62,757 bases of DNA, taken from contig CAVTCR010000015.1 in NCBI GenBank assembly GCA_963733195.1, positions 1 to 62,757 of the forward strand, in the 5' to 3' direction. The notes beneath the pieces were generated by a model. The model saw only the letters and a list, made by a program, of their open reading frames with translations. It searched no databases and was not told the DNA's origin. How positions within the stretch are numbered: position 1 is the first letter of the stretch; each line of letters begins with the position of its first letter. Below are positions 9,334 to 19,934 of this stretch, piece by piece. Source of the DNA: an uncultured delta proteobacterium (GTDB taxonomy: Bacteria; Desulfobacterota; Binatia; Bin18). The position numbers and the translations under genes were made by a program.

Positions 9334-10796
9334 TTATAAGGAGAGACTGAACGCTGTATTTTTTGTCGTCACGCGGGAGATAACGTGTCCTCTACGCTGT
9401 TCCCGTCTGCTCTGATCGAGAGACATCCTTCCAGTCTTGGCTTTTTCAGCTTTCTCTCGTTTCACTCGTTGTTCATGCCGCCACACCGGAATCAGCATCA
9501 ACGAAATGGCTGTTGCTCCGAGGCCAATGCTCGAAAACCCCCAGAAAAACGAGTGTGTCAGATCATACACATAACCGAGGATGAGCGGGCCAGTGACCCC
9601 GCCCAGTCCGCCAAACAAGCCGATGCAGAGTCCCAGCTGCGACACCCACAACTTCTGCAGGAAACAAATCGAATAGAAGGACCGCAAGCGTATTGAACGC
9701 GGCAGCATTCAGGAAAAGGACCGCACTCATCAAAGCGATGGTCATTGTAACATCTTGGGTCAACATCAACGCAATCATGAGCGGGCCAGTCAGAAAACTC
9801 GCGAGGAACCCAACCACACTACGATGTCCCATGCGATCGCCGAGGTAGCCGCCCAATAGCGATCCAATAAAAGCGGCCAGATAGGGGATGGTCAAAGTCA
9901 GACCGCTTTTCATGATCGTATAGCCTCGTTCTTTGACGAGGTACCCAGGGAGCCAACTCAGGTTGGTAAAGCCAACACAGAGTGTAAAAAAATTGACTAC
10001 GCAAATGGCCCAGAAGACCCAACTGCCAGCAAGAGTGCGCACTCCTTCGGCAAACGACAAGGTTCGCGCCGTTCCCTTTTGCGGATCAAACGTCACCCGA
10101 TCTTTTGTTAAGCGCTTCAGCCAGGAGCGCCTTCTCAGCTTGTGATATCCACGGATGTTGTTCAGGGTAGTCGTAGATCAGCAACCAGAAAACGAACACG
10201 CCGAGCACGGTAAGTGCGCCAGTACCATAAAACATGGCGCGCCATCCCCACTGACCGATCAGCCAACCAATGAGCGGAAGACCAACGATAAGACCAACGT
10301 AACCAAACCCGACGGTTGCGCCGTACACCCAGCCTCGTTCGTTCGGCAGTAACCAGTTGTTTTCAAGTTTGTTGATAGGATTTGCTACCCAACCCTCGGA
10401 GATGCCGAACAGTCCACGCACCAGGGCAAACTGGCCGACCGTCCGGCACATGCCAGTAAGCGCCGTTAGCACGCACCACCCGGCGAACATCAATGTCGAC
10501 CATTTGCGAATACTGAGACGATCGGAAGCGACACCGCCGCTTAACTGTCCGAGGATGTATCCCCAGTAGTATGAGCTGAGAATGAGACCAGTTTCAATCC
10601 CGCTCAATCCCAGGTCGTCCATAATGTATGGTGCTGCGAGTGAGATGTTGACGCGATCAAGAAAGAGAAAGAAGGCGGTCATCCACAGCGCGCCCATGAC
10701 GACAAAGCGGAATTTCGGGGATCGAGAGTCAGGGGCCAGGGGTCGGGAAGAGACATTCCTAACGTCTTCCGTCGTCCTCAATTCTTCATTTTTCAT
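9334..10796 (-). CDS. MFS transporter (ACS-like), frameshifted
   Basis: FLDRVNISLAAP, W.LPNERG, multiple TM helices over three ORFs. Confidence 0.88.
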
Positions 10797-10821
10797 TCTT
10801 CACTCTTAATTCTTAATTCTT
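10778..10821. repeat. Degenerate heptamer tandem repeat (TTCTTCA/TTCTTAA)
   Basis: tcaattcttcatttttcattcttcactcttaattcttaattct between the cyclase-family and MFS genes. Confidence 0.6.
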
Positions 10822-11783
10822 CACTTGATCGCGTACGCATTCGGCGGTGAGCCCACTCCCCCAGGCAGATTCAGTGGAGACGAAACCAGCATAAACTCAT
10901 ACACACCGTCACGTGCGCATTCCTGCGCCAATTCGTCGAGATCCCACACTTCACCAATTGGCATCCCTTGCAGTGCAATCAATCTGCGATGTTGAAAGCC
11001 AATCGCGGGGTCAACTGGTAACACTTCAAGCGCAACGTTGTCTGACGCCATCGCGGCAATTTGATGGTCCCAAACCCATGCTGCAGTCGTTTGCTGAGGA
11101 TCGAGTCCAGGACAGGCCATCCCATCGTCACCTGGGCGCAATGTTCCTCGCAGTTTTTCGCGTCCAGCTTGGTCCAACGTCTTGTACCAAGTGAGCCAAC
11201 CCGTGCGGAGGAGAAGGATGTCGCCCGACTCAATCTTCACTTTCTCTGCGTCAGCTATCTTTTCTAAGAATGCTCCGTCCATAGCAAACTTTTTGGTCGC
11301 GTCGAGCTTTGTACCCTGGCGTTCCATATAGCCTGCCGCATCGAGCAGCACGCCACGACCAATGATGCCGTGTCGTGCCCAGTTTTCGATACCGAGCTGC
11401 CCTTTCTCATCGAGGTCGTCATCCTGCCGTCCACCATAGTAGCCAAACTCACGAAAGCGGATGTGACGAAGGCTGTCCCATTGACTGGAACCTTGCAGCG
11501 CGAGGTTATCGACATAATCATCGCGACTACCACGCCCAGTCTCGATGTGATGTTTATACCCCGCTGCACGAAACCCGCCATACAACGGGAAGGGAAAATT
11601 GAGCGGCAGATCAAGATTGATAACTTTTCCCGATCGCACCAGGGACGTTGCCCGCTTCACATGTTCAGGTGTTATGAGATTGATCGTGCCGAGTTGATCG
11701 TCACGCCCGAATACGTCCCAGGCATGACGTTCGCCGGTCTGACCAACAACCGGCAATTGCGCAAATTTTGGCAGCGTAGCCAT
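10821..11783 (-). CDS. Cyclase-family (kynurenine formamidase-like) metal hydrolase
   Basis: WDVFGRDDQLGTINL, SSQWDSLRH, GRGVLLD, GDILLLRTGW, GGVGSPPN. Confidence 0.9.
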   Translation of the reverse strand: MATLPKFAQLPVVGQTGERHAWDVFGRDDQLGTINLITPEHVKRATSLVRSGKVINLDLPLNFPFPLYGGFRAAGYKHHIETGRGSRDDYVDNLALQGSSQWDSLRHIRFREFGYYGGRQDDDLDEKGQLGIENWARHGIIGRGVLLDAAGYMERQGTKLDATKKFAMDGAFLEKIADAEKVKIESGDILLLRTGWLTWYKTLDQAGREKLRGTLRPGDDGMACPGLDPQQTTAAWVWDHQIAAMASDNVALEVLPVDPAIGFQHRRLIALQGMPIGEVWDLDELAQECARDGVYEFMLVSSPLNLPGGVGSPPNAYAIK

Positions 11784-11836
11784 TGCACTTCCCTCCTTTT
11801 TCTTCGTGGGATGTTAGAGCAGGCGTTCCAGGTTCA

Positions 11837-12965
11837 TCATTGCCTGCCTCGAGTTGCCTTGGGTTTGTTGGCCAATTCGCTCTGTAGTTCTGTTTCGATC
11901 TCCTCGATGGAAGGCAGGCTAGACTTCAGGCTGTCCGGCAGGGCGCGAGTGAATTCGTAGTCGGCGACTCCGATAGGCTTATGAATATCGCGCAAAGCAT
12001 ATTCAGCGATGAAGCGGTCTTTTGTCTGGCAGAGGATCAGGCCGATGGTGGACTGGTCGGCTTCGTGTCTCAGTTTGTCGTCCACTACCGAACAGTAGAA
12101 GTTCATCTTCCCGGCGTATTCTGGTTTGAATTTGCCGCGTTTGAGTTCAATAACGACGAAGCAACGCAGCTTCAGATGATAGAAAAGCAAGTCAATGTAA
12201 AAGTCATCTTCACCTACACTCAAAGGGTATTGCCGTCCAACAAAAGCAAAGCCCTGACCAAGTTCAAGCAGGAATTTTTCCAGATGTCGTATGAGTCCGG
12301 TCTCCAGTTCACGCTCGTGGAAAGGTTCTTCAAGGGTAAGGAAGTCGAAGAGGTACGGGTCTTTGAGCAACTGCTCGGCTAACTCAGATTGTGAAGCTGG
12401 TAAACGCCTGGCAAAGTTTGTGACTGCTGTGCCCTGTCGTGCATGAGCTTGGCTCTTGATCATGGAAGCGAGCATGTCTCGGCTCCAGCCTTGCTCGATA
12501 ACTTGGTGAGCGTACCAGAGGCGGGTGGGTAACTCTTTGATTTTTTCCATCAATAGGACGTTATGGCCCCAGGGAATTCGTGCAAGAATCTCTTGCACTA
12601 TTGCTGGCATCCCTATTTGCCCACGAGTTTCAGTATCGTTCATAGGCATGGGCAATTTTGCAACGGGCTGTTGCAAAATTACAGAAGCGTCATACTCACG
12701 AGCAAATCGGATCATATAGCCGATGTTCCGCTCGGAAAACCCTTTTACTTCTGGTAGTCTCATTGCGAATGTCCCGTGCCAGCCGAGGAATGACTCTGGC
12801 TCCCCAGCCTTCTTGCTGCTGGCGTTCATGAATCATCCGGCCTATATCCCAGTACATCTCAATCATTTCTGCGTTGACAGAAAGTGCAGCCTTGATTTGT
12901 GCCTGCCGGATACGGTTCTTAATCTCGCCCAGCAGTTCCCCATAGAAAGCTAGCTCGTTACTCAT
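11837..12965 (-). CDS. DUF1016/YhcG PD-(D/E)XK nuclease-domain protein (frameshift near 12760)
   Basis: YWDIG, GFSERN, KDPYLFDFL, FLLELGQGFAFVGRQ, IDLLFYH..LRCFVVIELK. Confidence 0.92.
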
Positions 12966-13199
12966 CGTAACAATGCCTCCTCTAGCCTGGCCTTGAGTTG
13001 GTCTCGCAGGTAGCTTGCTGTTCAGCTTCCAGTCGCCTACCAGGGATCACGTTTCCGTTTCTCCTCTGAGAAAACCAAACCAAGTTAACGCCGTGTTACC
13101 AGGAATGATGAGGAAAATGAACTCACTCGTTCTCTTGACAGTATTCGACGACACCCTAGAATCCTGGCAACTCTCTTTAGATAAAAAAGGATATGTCTG

Positions 13200-14114
13200 A
13201 TGAAAGAAATTCGTTTCGATGGTCGTGTCGCCGTGATTACCGGAGCAGGCAATGGTCTCGGACGCAGTCACGCGAAGTTCTTTGCGTCACGTGGAGCAAA
13301 GATCGTGGTTAATGATCTCGGCGGTACAGTCGCCGGTACCGGTGGCTCGCACGTCGCAGCCGACACGGTGGTGGAAGAAATTAAGGCTGCTGGTGGTCAA
13401 GCGATCGCAAACTACGACTCCGTTGCGACAGAAGAAGGCGGACGTAACATCATTAAAACTGCGCTCGACGCCTTTGGCACGGTCGACATTCTCGTGAACA
13501 ATGCCGGGAACGTTCGTGACAAAACGCTGGCGAAGATGGACTTGGCGGATTTCCGTGCGTTGGTTGATGTACACTTGATGGGCGCGGTGTATTGCACCCA
13601 TGCCGCATGGCCAACTATGCGTGCAAAGAATTTTGGCCGCATTGTCATGACCAGTTCCGCTGCTGGGTTGTACGGCAATCACGGCCACACAAATTATGGT
13701 GCGGCCAAGCTGGCTGTAGTCGGCTTCATGAATGCACTCAAAGAAGAAGGGCGCAAACACAACATCACCGTGCATGCCATAGCGCCGATCGCCCAGACAC
13801 GGATGACAGAAAACGTGACCGCACCAAAGCTCGCCCCACTCATTAAGCCGGAGTTCGTGACGGCAGCAGTTGCCTGGTTTTGCGCACCAGAGAATGAAGA
13901 GACCGGGCATATTATCGAGGCAGGTGCCGGGTACTATGCCAAGGTCGAAGTGCGTGAAGCGCGCGGAGCGGTGTTTGGCTCCGACACGATTCCTACTCCA
14001 GAGCAGATTCGTGACCGCTATGCCGAGATCTGTGATATGAGCCAAGCCGCACCTTACATCAATGCTTCGGAAGCTCTACGTAAAGTGTTCCGACTGGTTG
14101 TGCCGAAAAAGTAG
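13200..14114 (+). CDS. SDR oxidoreductase (MFE-2/hydroxyacyl-CoA dehydrogenase-like)
   Basis: TGAGNGLG, VVNDLG, NNAG, YGAAK; TTGACA..TAGAAT upstream. Confidence 0.92.
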   Translation: MKEIRFDGRVAVITGAGNGLGRSHAKFFASRGAKIVVNDLGGTVAGTGGSHVAADTVVEEIKAAGGQAIANYDSVATEEGGRNIIKTALDAFGTVDILVNNAGNVRDKTLAKMDLADFRALVDVHLMGAVYCTHAAWPTMRAKNFGRIVMTSSAAGLYGNHGHTNYGAAKLAVVGFMNALKEEGRKHNITVHAIAPIAQTRMTENVTAPKLAPLIKPEFVTAAVAWFCAPENEETGHIIEAGAGYYAKVEVREARGAVFGSDTIPTPEQIRDRYAEICDMSQAAPYINASEALRKVFRLVVPKK

Positions 14115-14117
14115 GAG

Positions 14118-14189
14118 GAGAGGATGTCACGGCTCCAGCCCTGTTCGAGCACTCGGCGGGTGTACCACAGGCGGGTGGGCAACTCTTTG
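14118..14189 (-). pseudogene. 72-bp fragment of a DUF1016-type gene
   Basis: Encodes KELPTRLWYTRRVLEQGWSRDIL; 59/72 nt identical (hand count) to 12468-12539. Confidence 0.8.
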
Positions 14190-14225
14190 GACGGATGGCT
14201 TTCATCAACCGCCCATGATCTCTCG

Positions 14226-15335
14226 TCAATGGAGCAACGGAGTGTCTGCGTCACGCGGGATGATATGCAGCACCTGCCGGCGTAGCTCGACCATGACGCG
14301 CTTTTCCGTATCAAGCATGAGGCGATGGTAGACATAGCCAGGAAGGGTAATCTCTAAGTCATACGGAGCTTGGCGAGTATCTAACTGCCAGTGTAGTGTA
14401 TAGGTTTCCCGCTCTATACGTTCGTTTACGATCCGTCCGTGCAGGACGTTCTCACGTTCACGCTGTGAAAGGCGATCAGGACGAACCAGCAAGATTTGCG
14501 TGGGACGGATACACAAGTACACGGGAGTTCCCGGTGCCAGGACCTTCGGTGCAACTGCAATCAGGTTCTCTTGCCACCGGACCCAGAGCGTTTCTTCATC
14601 AGCACTTTCAACCACAGCCGGAAGCATATTCCCGGTACCAACAAACTCGGCTACGCGGCGTGTCGCCGGATGAAAGAACACTTCTTCGCGAGTTCCCTGC
14701 TGTATCACTCGCCCAGCATCGTAGATAATCACACGTTGTCCGAGAGCAAATGCATCGGTCAGATCGTGCGTCACTACTAAGACTGTGATCTTCATCCGCG
14801 CTTGAATCTGCACCAGTTCTTGCCGGAGGGACTCGCGCAGCGCGACATCCAATGCCGCAAATGGTTCATCCAGGAGAAGCAGGCGAGGTTCCACAGCCAG
14901 GGCACGGGCAAGCGCGACTCTTTGCTGTTGTCCACCGGACAGTTCTCGCGGTCGGCGATGTTCTAGTCCTTGCAGACCGAAGAGCGCAAGTAGTTCTTGC
15001 ACTTTTTGTTTTTGCTCGTGTCGAGAGCGATGCAGCAAGCCAAAGCTGATGTTGCCTCCGGCTGTCAGATGTGGGAATAGTGCATAGTGCTGCGGCACAT
15101 ATCCGACCCGTCGAACCTGTGGCGAAAGGTTAAGCTGCTGTGCGCTGTCGTACACAGCCTGACCGTCGATCGTGATACGGCCGGCGTCAGGCTGCATCGT
15201 CCCGGCAATCGCTTGCAACGTTAAACTCTTCCCGGCACCAGACGGGCCAAAAAGGACGACCAGTTCGTTCTGTGCGGCAAGAGCGACATCAAGACGAAAC
15301 CCGTCAAGGCGCTTACGGAGCACAACCTCAAGCAT
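14226..15335 (-). CDS. modC: Molybdate ABC transporter ATP-binding protein
   Basis: GPSGAGKS, LSGGQQQR, LLLDEPF, TOBE-like C-terminus; follows modB. Confidence 0.85.
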   Translation of the reverse strand: MLEVVLRKRLDGFRLDVALAAQNELVVLFGPSGAGKSLTLQAIAGTMQPDAGRITIDGQAVYDSAQQLNLSPQVRRVGYVPQHYALFPHLTAGGNISFGLLHRSRHEQKQKVQELLALFGLQGLEHRRPRELSGGQQQRVALARALAVEPRLLLLDEPFAALDVALRESLRQELVQIQARMKITVLVVTHDLTDAFALGQRVIIYDAGRVIQQGTREEVFFHPATRRVAEFVGTGNMLPAVVESADEETLWVRWQENLIAVAPKVLAPGTPVYLCIRPTQILLVRPDRLSQRERENVLHGRIVNERIERETYTLHWQLDTRQAPYDLEITLPGYVYHRLMLDTEKRVMVELRRQVLHIIPRDADTPLLH

Positions 15336-16119
15336 AGATACCATACGGACTGCGATGCAGTAGCAGTCGGACACCGAACAGCACACTAAACGAAACGACA
15401 ATGAGAATCGCGGACAAGACTAATGCTGCCGTCAAGTCCGATTCCATTGCCGAATAGATGGCGAGCGGCATCGTTTGCGTACGTCCGAGAAAATTCCCAG
15501 CGAACATGATCGTCGCGCCGAATTCTCCCAAGGCGCGCGCCCATGCCATCACTGCACCGCCGAGCAGTGCCGGAAAGGCGAGCGGTATGGTCACTCGCAG
15601 AAAGACGCTGAACGGTGCGTGGCCGAGCGTATAAGCGACACGTTCGAGTTCTTGATCCACGCTCTGAAACCCCGCCCGCGCCGCCCGGATGTAGAAGGGA
15701 ATGCTGACAAAGCTTTGCGCCAGGATGACTGCGAATGTGGTAAAGCTGATTTGTATTCCAATCGCGTCAAGCCAGGCACCAAGCACGCCACGCCGCCCAA
15801 AGGCCATAAGTAACGCGACTCCGGCAACGGTTGGTGGCAATACCATCGGCAGATCAATGAGCGTGTCCACCAGGGCGGCGCCACGAAAACGGTGGCGCGC
15901 CAGCAAATAGGCAAGCGGGGTGCCCAGCACAACCGCCAGGCATAAACTGCTCAATGATGTCACGACACTGAGACGTAGCGCTTCGGTCACGATGGGTTGC
16001 CGGAGTGTGTCCCATAGACCTTCCTGTACCCGCACTTTCAGAAAAATCGCTGCCAGCGGTGAGATAAGGAAGATGAGCAGAAGGAGGAGGGGAAAGAAAA
16101 ATAGCCAGTTACGCTTCAT
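15328..16119 (-). CDS. modB: Molybdate ABC transporter permease
   Basis: DLPMVLPPTVAG, WARALGEFGATIMFAGN, TQTMPLAIY. Confidence 0.9.
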   Translation of the reverse strand: MKRNWLFFFPLLLLLIFLISPLAAIFLKVRVQEGLWDTLRQPIVTEALRLSVVTSLSSLCLAVVLGTPLAYLLARHRFRGAALVDTLIDLPMVLPPTVAGVALLMAFGRRGVLGAWLDAIGIQISFTTFAVILAQSFVSIPFYIRAARAGFQSVDQELERVAYTLGHAPFSVFLRVTIPLAFPALLGGAVMAWARALGEFGATIMFAGNFLGRTQTMPLAIYSAMESDLTAALVLSAILIVVSFSVLFGVRLLLHRSPYGIYA

Positions 16120-16217
16120 GGTGTCAGCTACGGTCGGTCGTTATGATATCTCAGGGCTTCTTGCTTTGCCGATTGGCGACGATACAATTTTCCTATCTCT
16201 TCTTATGGAGGACGCTG

Positions 16218-16427
16218 ATGAAACTTAGTGCGCGTAATCAATTCCAAGGGCAAGTCAAAACGATCAAACTCGGCAATGTCATGGCTGAGGTCGTCATTGA
16301 CATCGGCGGCGGTCACGAAGTCGTATCTGCAATCACCCGCGGCTCAGCGGAACATTTAGGGCTCACGCAAGGTGCAACCGTGACGGTGGTGATCAAAGCG
16401 ACGGAGGTCATCCTCGCCAAGGACTGA
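16218..16427 (+). CDS. mop: Molbindin/TOBE (Mop) protein, copy 1
   Basis: MKLSARNQ...SAIT..S...LGL...VIKATEV; GGAGG RBS. Confidence 0.92.
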   Translation: MKLSARNQFQGQVKTIKLGNVMAEVVIDIGGGHEVVSAITRGSAEHLGLTQGATVTVVIKATEVILAKD

Positions 16428-16506
16428 TGCTGCCTGCACACCTATTCACACTAGAAGTGAGTCGCCCTTCATCTCCACCGTTATAGTCTAGCTGTTGTGT
16501 CTGCCC

Positions 16507-17375
16507 TTATTCTTTTAGTGGAATAAAGCTGTGCGCCTTGAGAATTGCCTGACCTTCTGCTGACAGCACAAAGCCGATGAACGCCTGCGCGGCGGCACGG
16601 TTTCTGACCTCTTTTGTCAAAGCAATCGGATATGTGGCGAGTTGGTTGTGAGCGTCGGCAATAGCGATGGCTTGTACGTCTCTGCTCACTCTTGGTGTCA
16701 CGTCAGAAACATAGACGATACCGGCATCTGCCTCACCAAGCTGGATTTTGGTGACAACCTGTTTCACGTTCTCTTCCTCGGACACAAGATTCTTCAACGT
16801 ACGCTGCTCAAAATCGGCTCCACATTCAGTGTTTGCTTTAGCAATGGCTTGACGGCTGTAGTTCCCCACTGGCACTTTCGCATTGGCGAGGTCAAGTTTG
16901 ACTCCTGGTTTTCCCAGGTCACAAAACGTCGTGATTTTTGCTTTGTTGTCTTTCGGAACGATCGTCGACTAGTCGATTCTTGACAAAGACAGGAGGATTC
17001 CCCCTGCACGACATTACTCTTTTTCGCTTGTTCCATCTGTGCAGCATCGGCTGAAGCGAACACGTCCGCGTGTGCTCCTTGTTCGAGTTGCGTGCGTAAA
17101 GTTGGCGAACCGCCGAAATTATACACAACTTTCAATCCTGGATGAGACAGTTCGAGTCGCTTGCCGATTTCGGTGAACGGCTCAGTCAACGAGGCAGCAG
17201 CGAACACCGTCAACTCTCCGGTCACGGTTGATTGTTGCTGGGCATGGGCTGCGCTGAGCCCATGCGATTGCTCAAGGAAGGAAGGAGAATTTACACAGAA
17301 AGCTCCAAAGAAAGCCGTTGCAAAAACTACTCGCATCACAAAGCTTGGGTGTCTGCTACTGCGTGATATTATCAT
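16507..17375 (-). CDS. modA: Molybdate-binding periplasmic protein (frameshifts near 16960-17000)
   Basis: LTVFAAASLT, NFGGS..LRTQLEQGA.ADVFASA, PVGNYS, GEADAGIVYVSD. Confidence 0.9.
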
Positions 17376-18008
17376 CGTTTCTTGTCTCCTCTTTTCGGTT
17401 TGCTTTTCTTCTGCGTGGTTGGTTGCTCTCCCTTTTGCTGACTTAAAGTCAGCACCTTCCGACGATGAGAAACGACCCGGGCAGCGATCCTGATTAAGCC
17501 ACTCCAACATGCTTTCTGCGGCAGTGAGTTTTGATTCCAACACGAGCGACTCGAAGCTCGTGGGGTTTATATCGCGCGTGTGGTTCTGTTGTCGCTCTAA
17601 GTAGTCCCGACATGCGGCGACTTGCGCTTTGACAAGCGCCCTCGCTTCAGCGGCGCCAAGTTGCTGGGCAAAATAAAGCTTGAGGAGAAAATCGAGCCGC
17701 ACTTCTCGCATGCGTGCGACCGGGCGACGCAGCCATTCGAGAAAGAAGGATTCCGCGTCATCCGCCAACGAGAAGACCTTGCGCGGCGGACGCGCGCCGA
17801 CCGTGACCTGTTCTCCGCGGATGAGCCCATGTTCCTGCAAGTCCTTGAGAAATGTGTAGATGGTGCTCATATCCGCCGGAATGACCTGCCCCAAATCTTC
17901 TTCTGGCTTGAAATGTCGAGCAATCTCATAGCCGTGCATTGGTCGTTCACGTAGCAACCCCAAAATGGCGTACGCCGTGGGCGTTACATTGACATCTAAT
18001 CGAGCCAT
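17372..18008 (-). CDS. PadR-family transcriptional regulator
   Basis: AILGLL..RPMHGYEI...IYTFLKDLQEHGLI...RKVFSL. Removing one base near 17490 ends the ORF at an ATGA overlap with modA. Confidence 0.88.
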
Positions 18009-18044
18009 ATATATACAATCCAAAAATATTTTACTACCGAGTAT
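17989..18044 (+). promoter_or_regulatory. sigma70-type promoter plus palindromic operator (site A)
   Basis: TTGACA (17989), AT-rich -10 region, ATATTTTA-CTA-CCGAGTAT (18026-18044) between divergent padR and mop. Confidence 0.7.
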
Positions 18045-18079
18045 CAAACATTGCGACAAATGACAGAAGGAGGTCTGCA

Positions 18080-18289
18080 ATGCAACTCAGCGCACGCAAT
18101 CAATTTTCAGGTCACGTCAAAGAGGTCAAGCTCGGCAACATCATGGCGGAGGTTGTTGTCGACATCGGCGGTGGACATGAAGTGGTCGCCGCTATAACAC
18201 GTGGCTCGGCCGAACGGTTGGGACTCGCGCAAGGCAGTGTAGTAACAGTGGTCATCAAAGCGACCGAGGTGCTGATTGCGAGAGACTAG
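18080..18289 (+). CDS. mop: Molbindin/TOBE (Mop) protein, copy 2
   Basis: MQLSARNQ...AAIT..S..RLGL...VIKATEV; AAGGAGG RBS. Confidence 0.92.
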   Translation: MQLSARNQFSGHVKEVKLGNIMAEVVVDIGGGHEVVAAITRGSAERLGLAQGSVVTVVIKATEVLIARD

Positions 18290-18339
18290 TCCTATTGAAT
18301 ATGTATAGTGACATTTTCGTGAACGGGAGGAGGATCAGG

Positions 18340-19890
18340 ATGGTTGCTGTTTTTCTCATGCTTGCGTTGCTCGTGAGCAGCCCAGCTATCGCTCAAGAGG
18401 CATCACTCATCGATATTTTGGCGGCGAAAGGTGTAATCAGTGAGCAAGAAGCGCAGCGGTTAAAGAAAGGAACAAAGGCGCAACCCGGAAAGCCTGATCA
18501 GCAAGCGTTAATCGATTTACTACGCAGGAAAGGTATCCTCGGAGAGGAGGACGTAGCCCAGCTTCAGTCATCGGCTACTACGACGATAGTTGAGAAACCA
18601 GCCGCAACTCCGTCGTCTAGAGAAGTGACGGAATGGCTATCTCATTTGGAAAGCCGCCAAGCGGCCTTAGAGGCGCAGAACCAAGCGCAGACGGAAGAGC
18701 TGAAGAAGACGGCAGTGGCGGACGTGAAGAAGAGTATCGACTGGCTCAATCGCTTCAGCTTCTTTGGCGATATCCGCGTGCGGCAAGAGGGCTTTTACCA
18801 AGATGGCGTCGATGCCCGGAACCGCCAGCGCTTTCGCCTGCGCTTCGGCGCCCGCCTGACCGTGAGCGACGAACTTGAGGGGGGCCTTCGCTTGGTCAGC
18901 GGCAATCCCAACGAAGTCAGTGCCAACAACCAGACCATGACCGATGTCTTCACCCGTAAACCCATTAACATCGATCAGGCCTACATCACTATCCGCCCCG
19001 GCAAGACCCTGGGCCTGGAAAAACCCTTCTTCTCGCTCACCGGCGGCAAGTTCACCGTCCCCTTCTTTCGCCCCCGCGCCATCATGGGCTCGGAATTGTC
19101 TTTGATGAAGACCTAGCACCCGAAGGCTTCTATCAAGACGATCACCCTGCTCGAAGGCAAAGTCGGTGACGTCGTGCGTAGCATTAAGCTGGTGAGCGGC
19201 CAGTGGGCGGCCCAAGAGTATACCAACGCACCCGATTCCTACATGTTCGGGGAGCAACTGCAGGTGCTCTTTGCCCCGACCGAAAAGAGCCAACTCACCT
19301 TCGCCGCCGCCGACTACCACTTCTCCCACGCCGGCGCGATTGCCCAGGCCCGTAATACCAACTCCAGCCTTGTCCTCACCAACTCTGTCGTTCTCCGTAA
19401 TGGCCAGATTGTCCCGGGTGGCAGTCCCATTACGCCCAGTAACCAAAATCCCATTCAGCGGTTTTGCGGGAGGCTTTAATATCCTCAATGTCGGTGCCCA
19501 ATGGGTCATTGATACCGGCTATCCGAAGCTGGCCATTCTCCATGATGGTGGATTATGCCCACAACTTCCAAGCCAAGATTTGGCGAAGACAATGCGTATC
19601 TGGTGGGAGTCGGGGTCGGGCAGACCCGCAATCCCGGGGACTGGGCCTTATCGGCGGCGTGGAATGCGGGTGGAGACGGACTCGGTGATTTCGATGTTTA
19701 CGTTGAGTGACTTTGGCCGCAATGGGGGGACCAATGTGCAGGGGCCGATTGCTAAGATCGACTACATGTTGCTACCCCGCTTGACCTTGACTGCCAAGGG
19801 GTATTTTGTCAGCTTAATTGATCGTCCCAAGGGCATGCTCGAATCAGTACCGTCAATCGCATCCAATTCGATGCCCAGTTCGCGTTCTAA
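18340..19890 (+). CDS. Putative outer-membrane porin (frameshifted)
   Basis: Signal peptide, LIDIL..KGVISE N-domain, GDIRVRQE, RQRFRLR, IDQAY; reconstructed C-terminal QFAF*. Confidence 0.8.
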
Positions 19891-19934
19891 CGTCTAACTT
19901 TGAAGTCATTATTTCGTTATAAGGAGGGACGTAT

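Noticed and set aside
12468-14189. DGR template/variable repeat pair
   Set aside because: Mismatches are not adenine-specific on either strand and no reverse transcriptase is present.
16120-18079. ModE box upstream of mod/mop genes
   Set aside because: Only AT-rich partial matches; no full ModE-type inverted repeat found.
16794-18080. 428-aa PadR-ModA fusion protein
   Set aside because: Removing one base near 17490 ends PadR at an ATGA overlap, with a separate RBS and signal peptide for ModA. Most likely an indel artefact.
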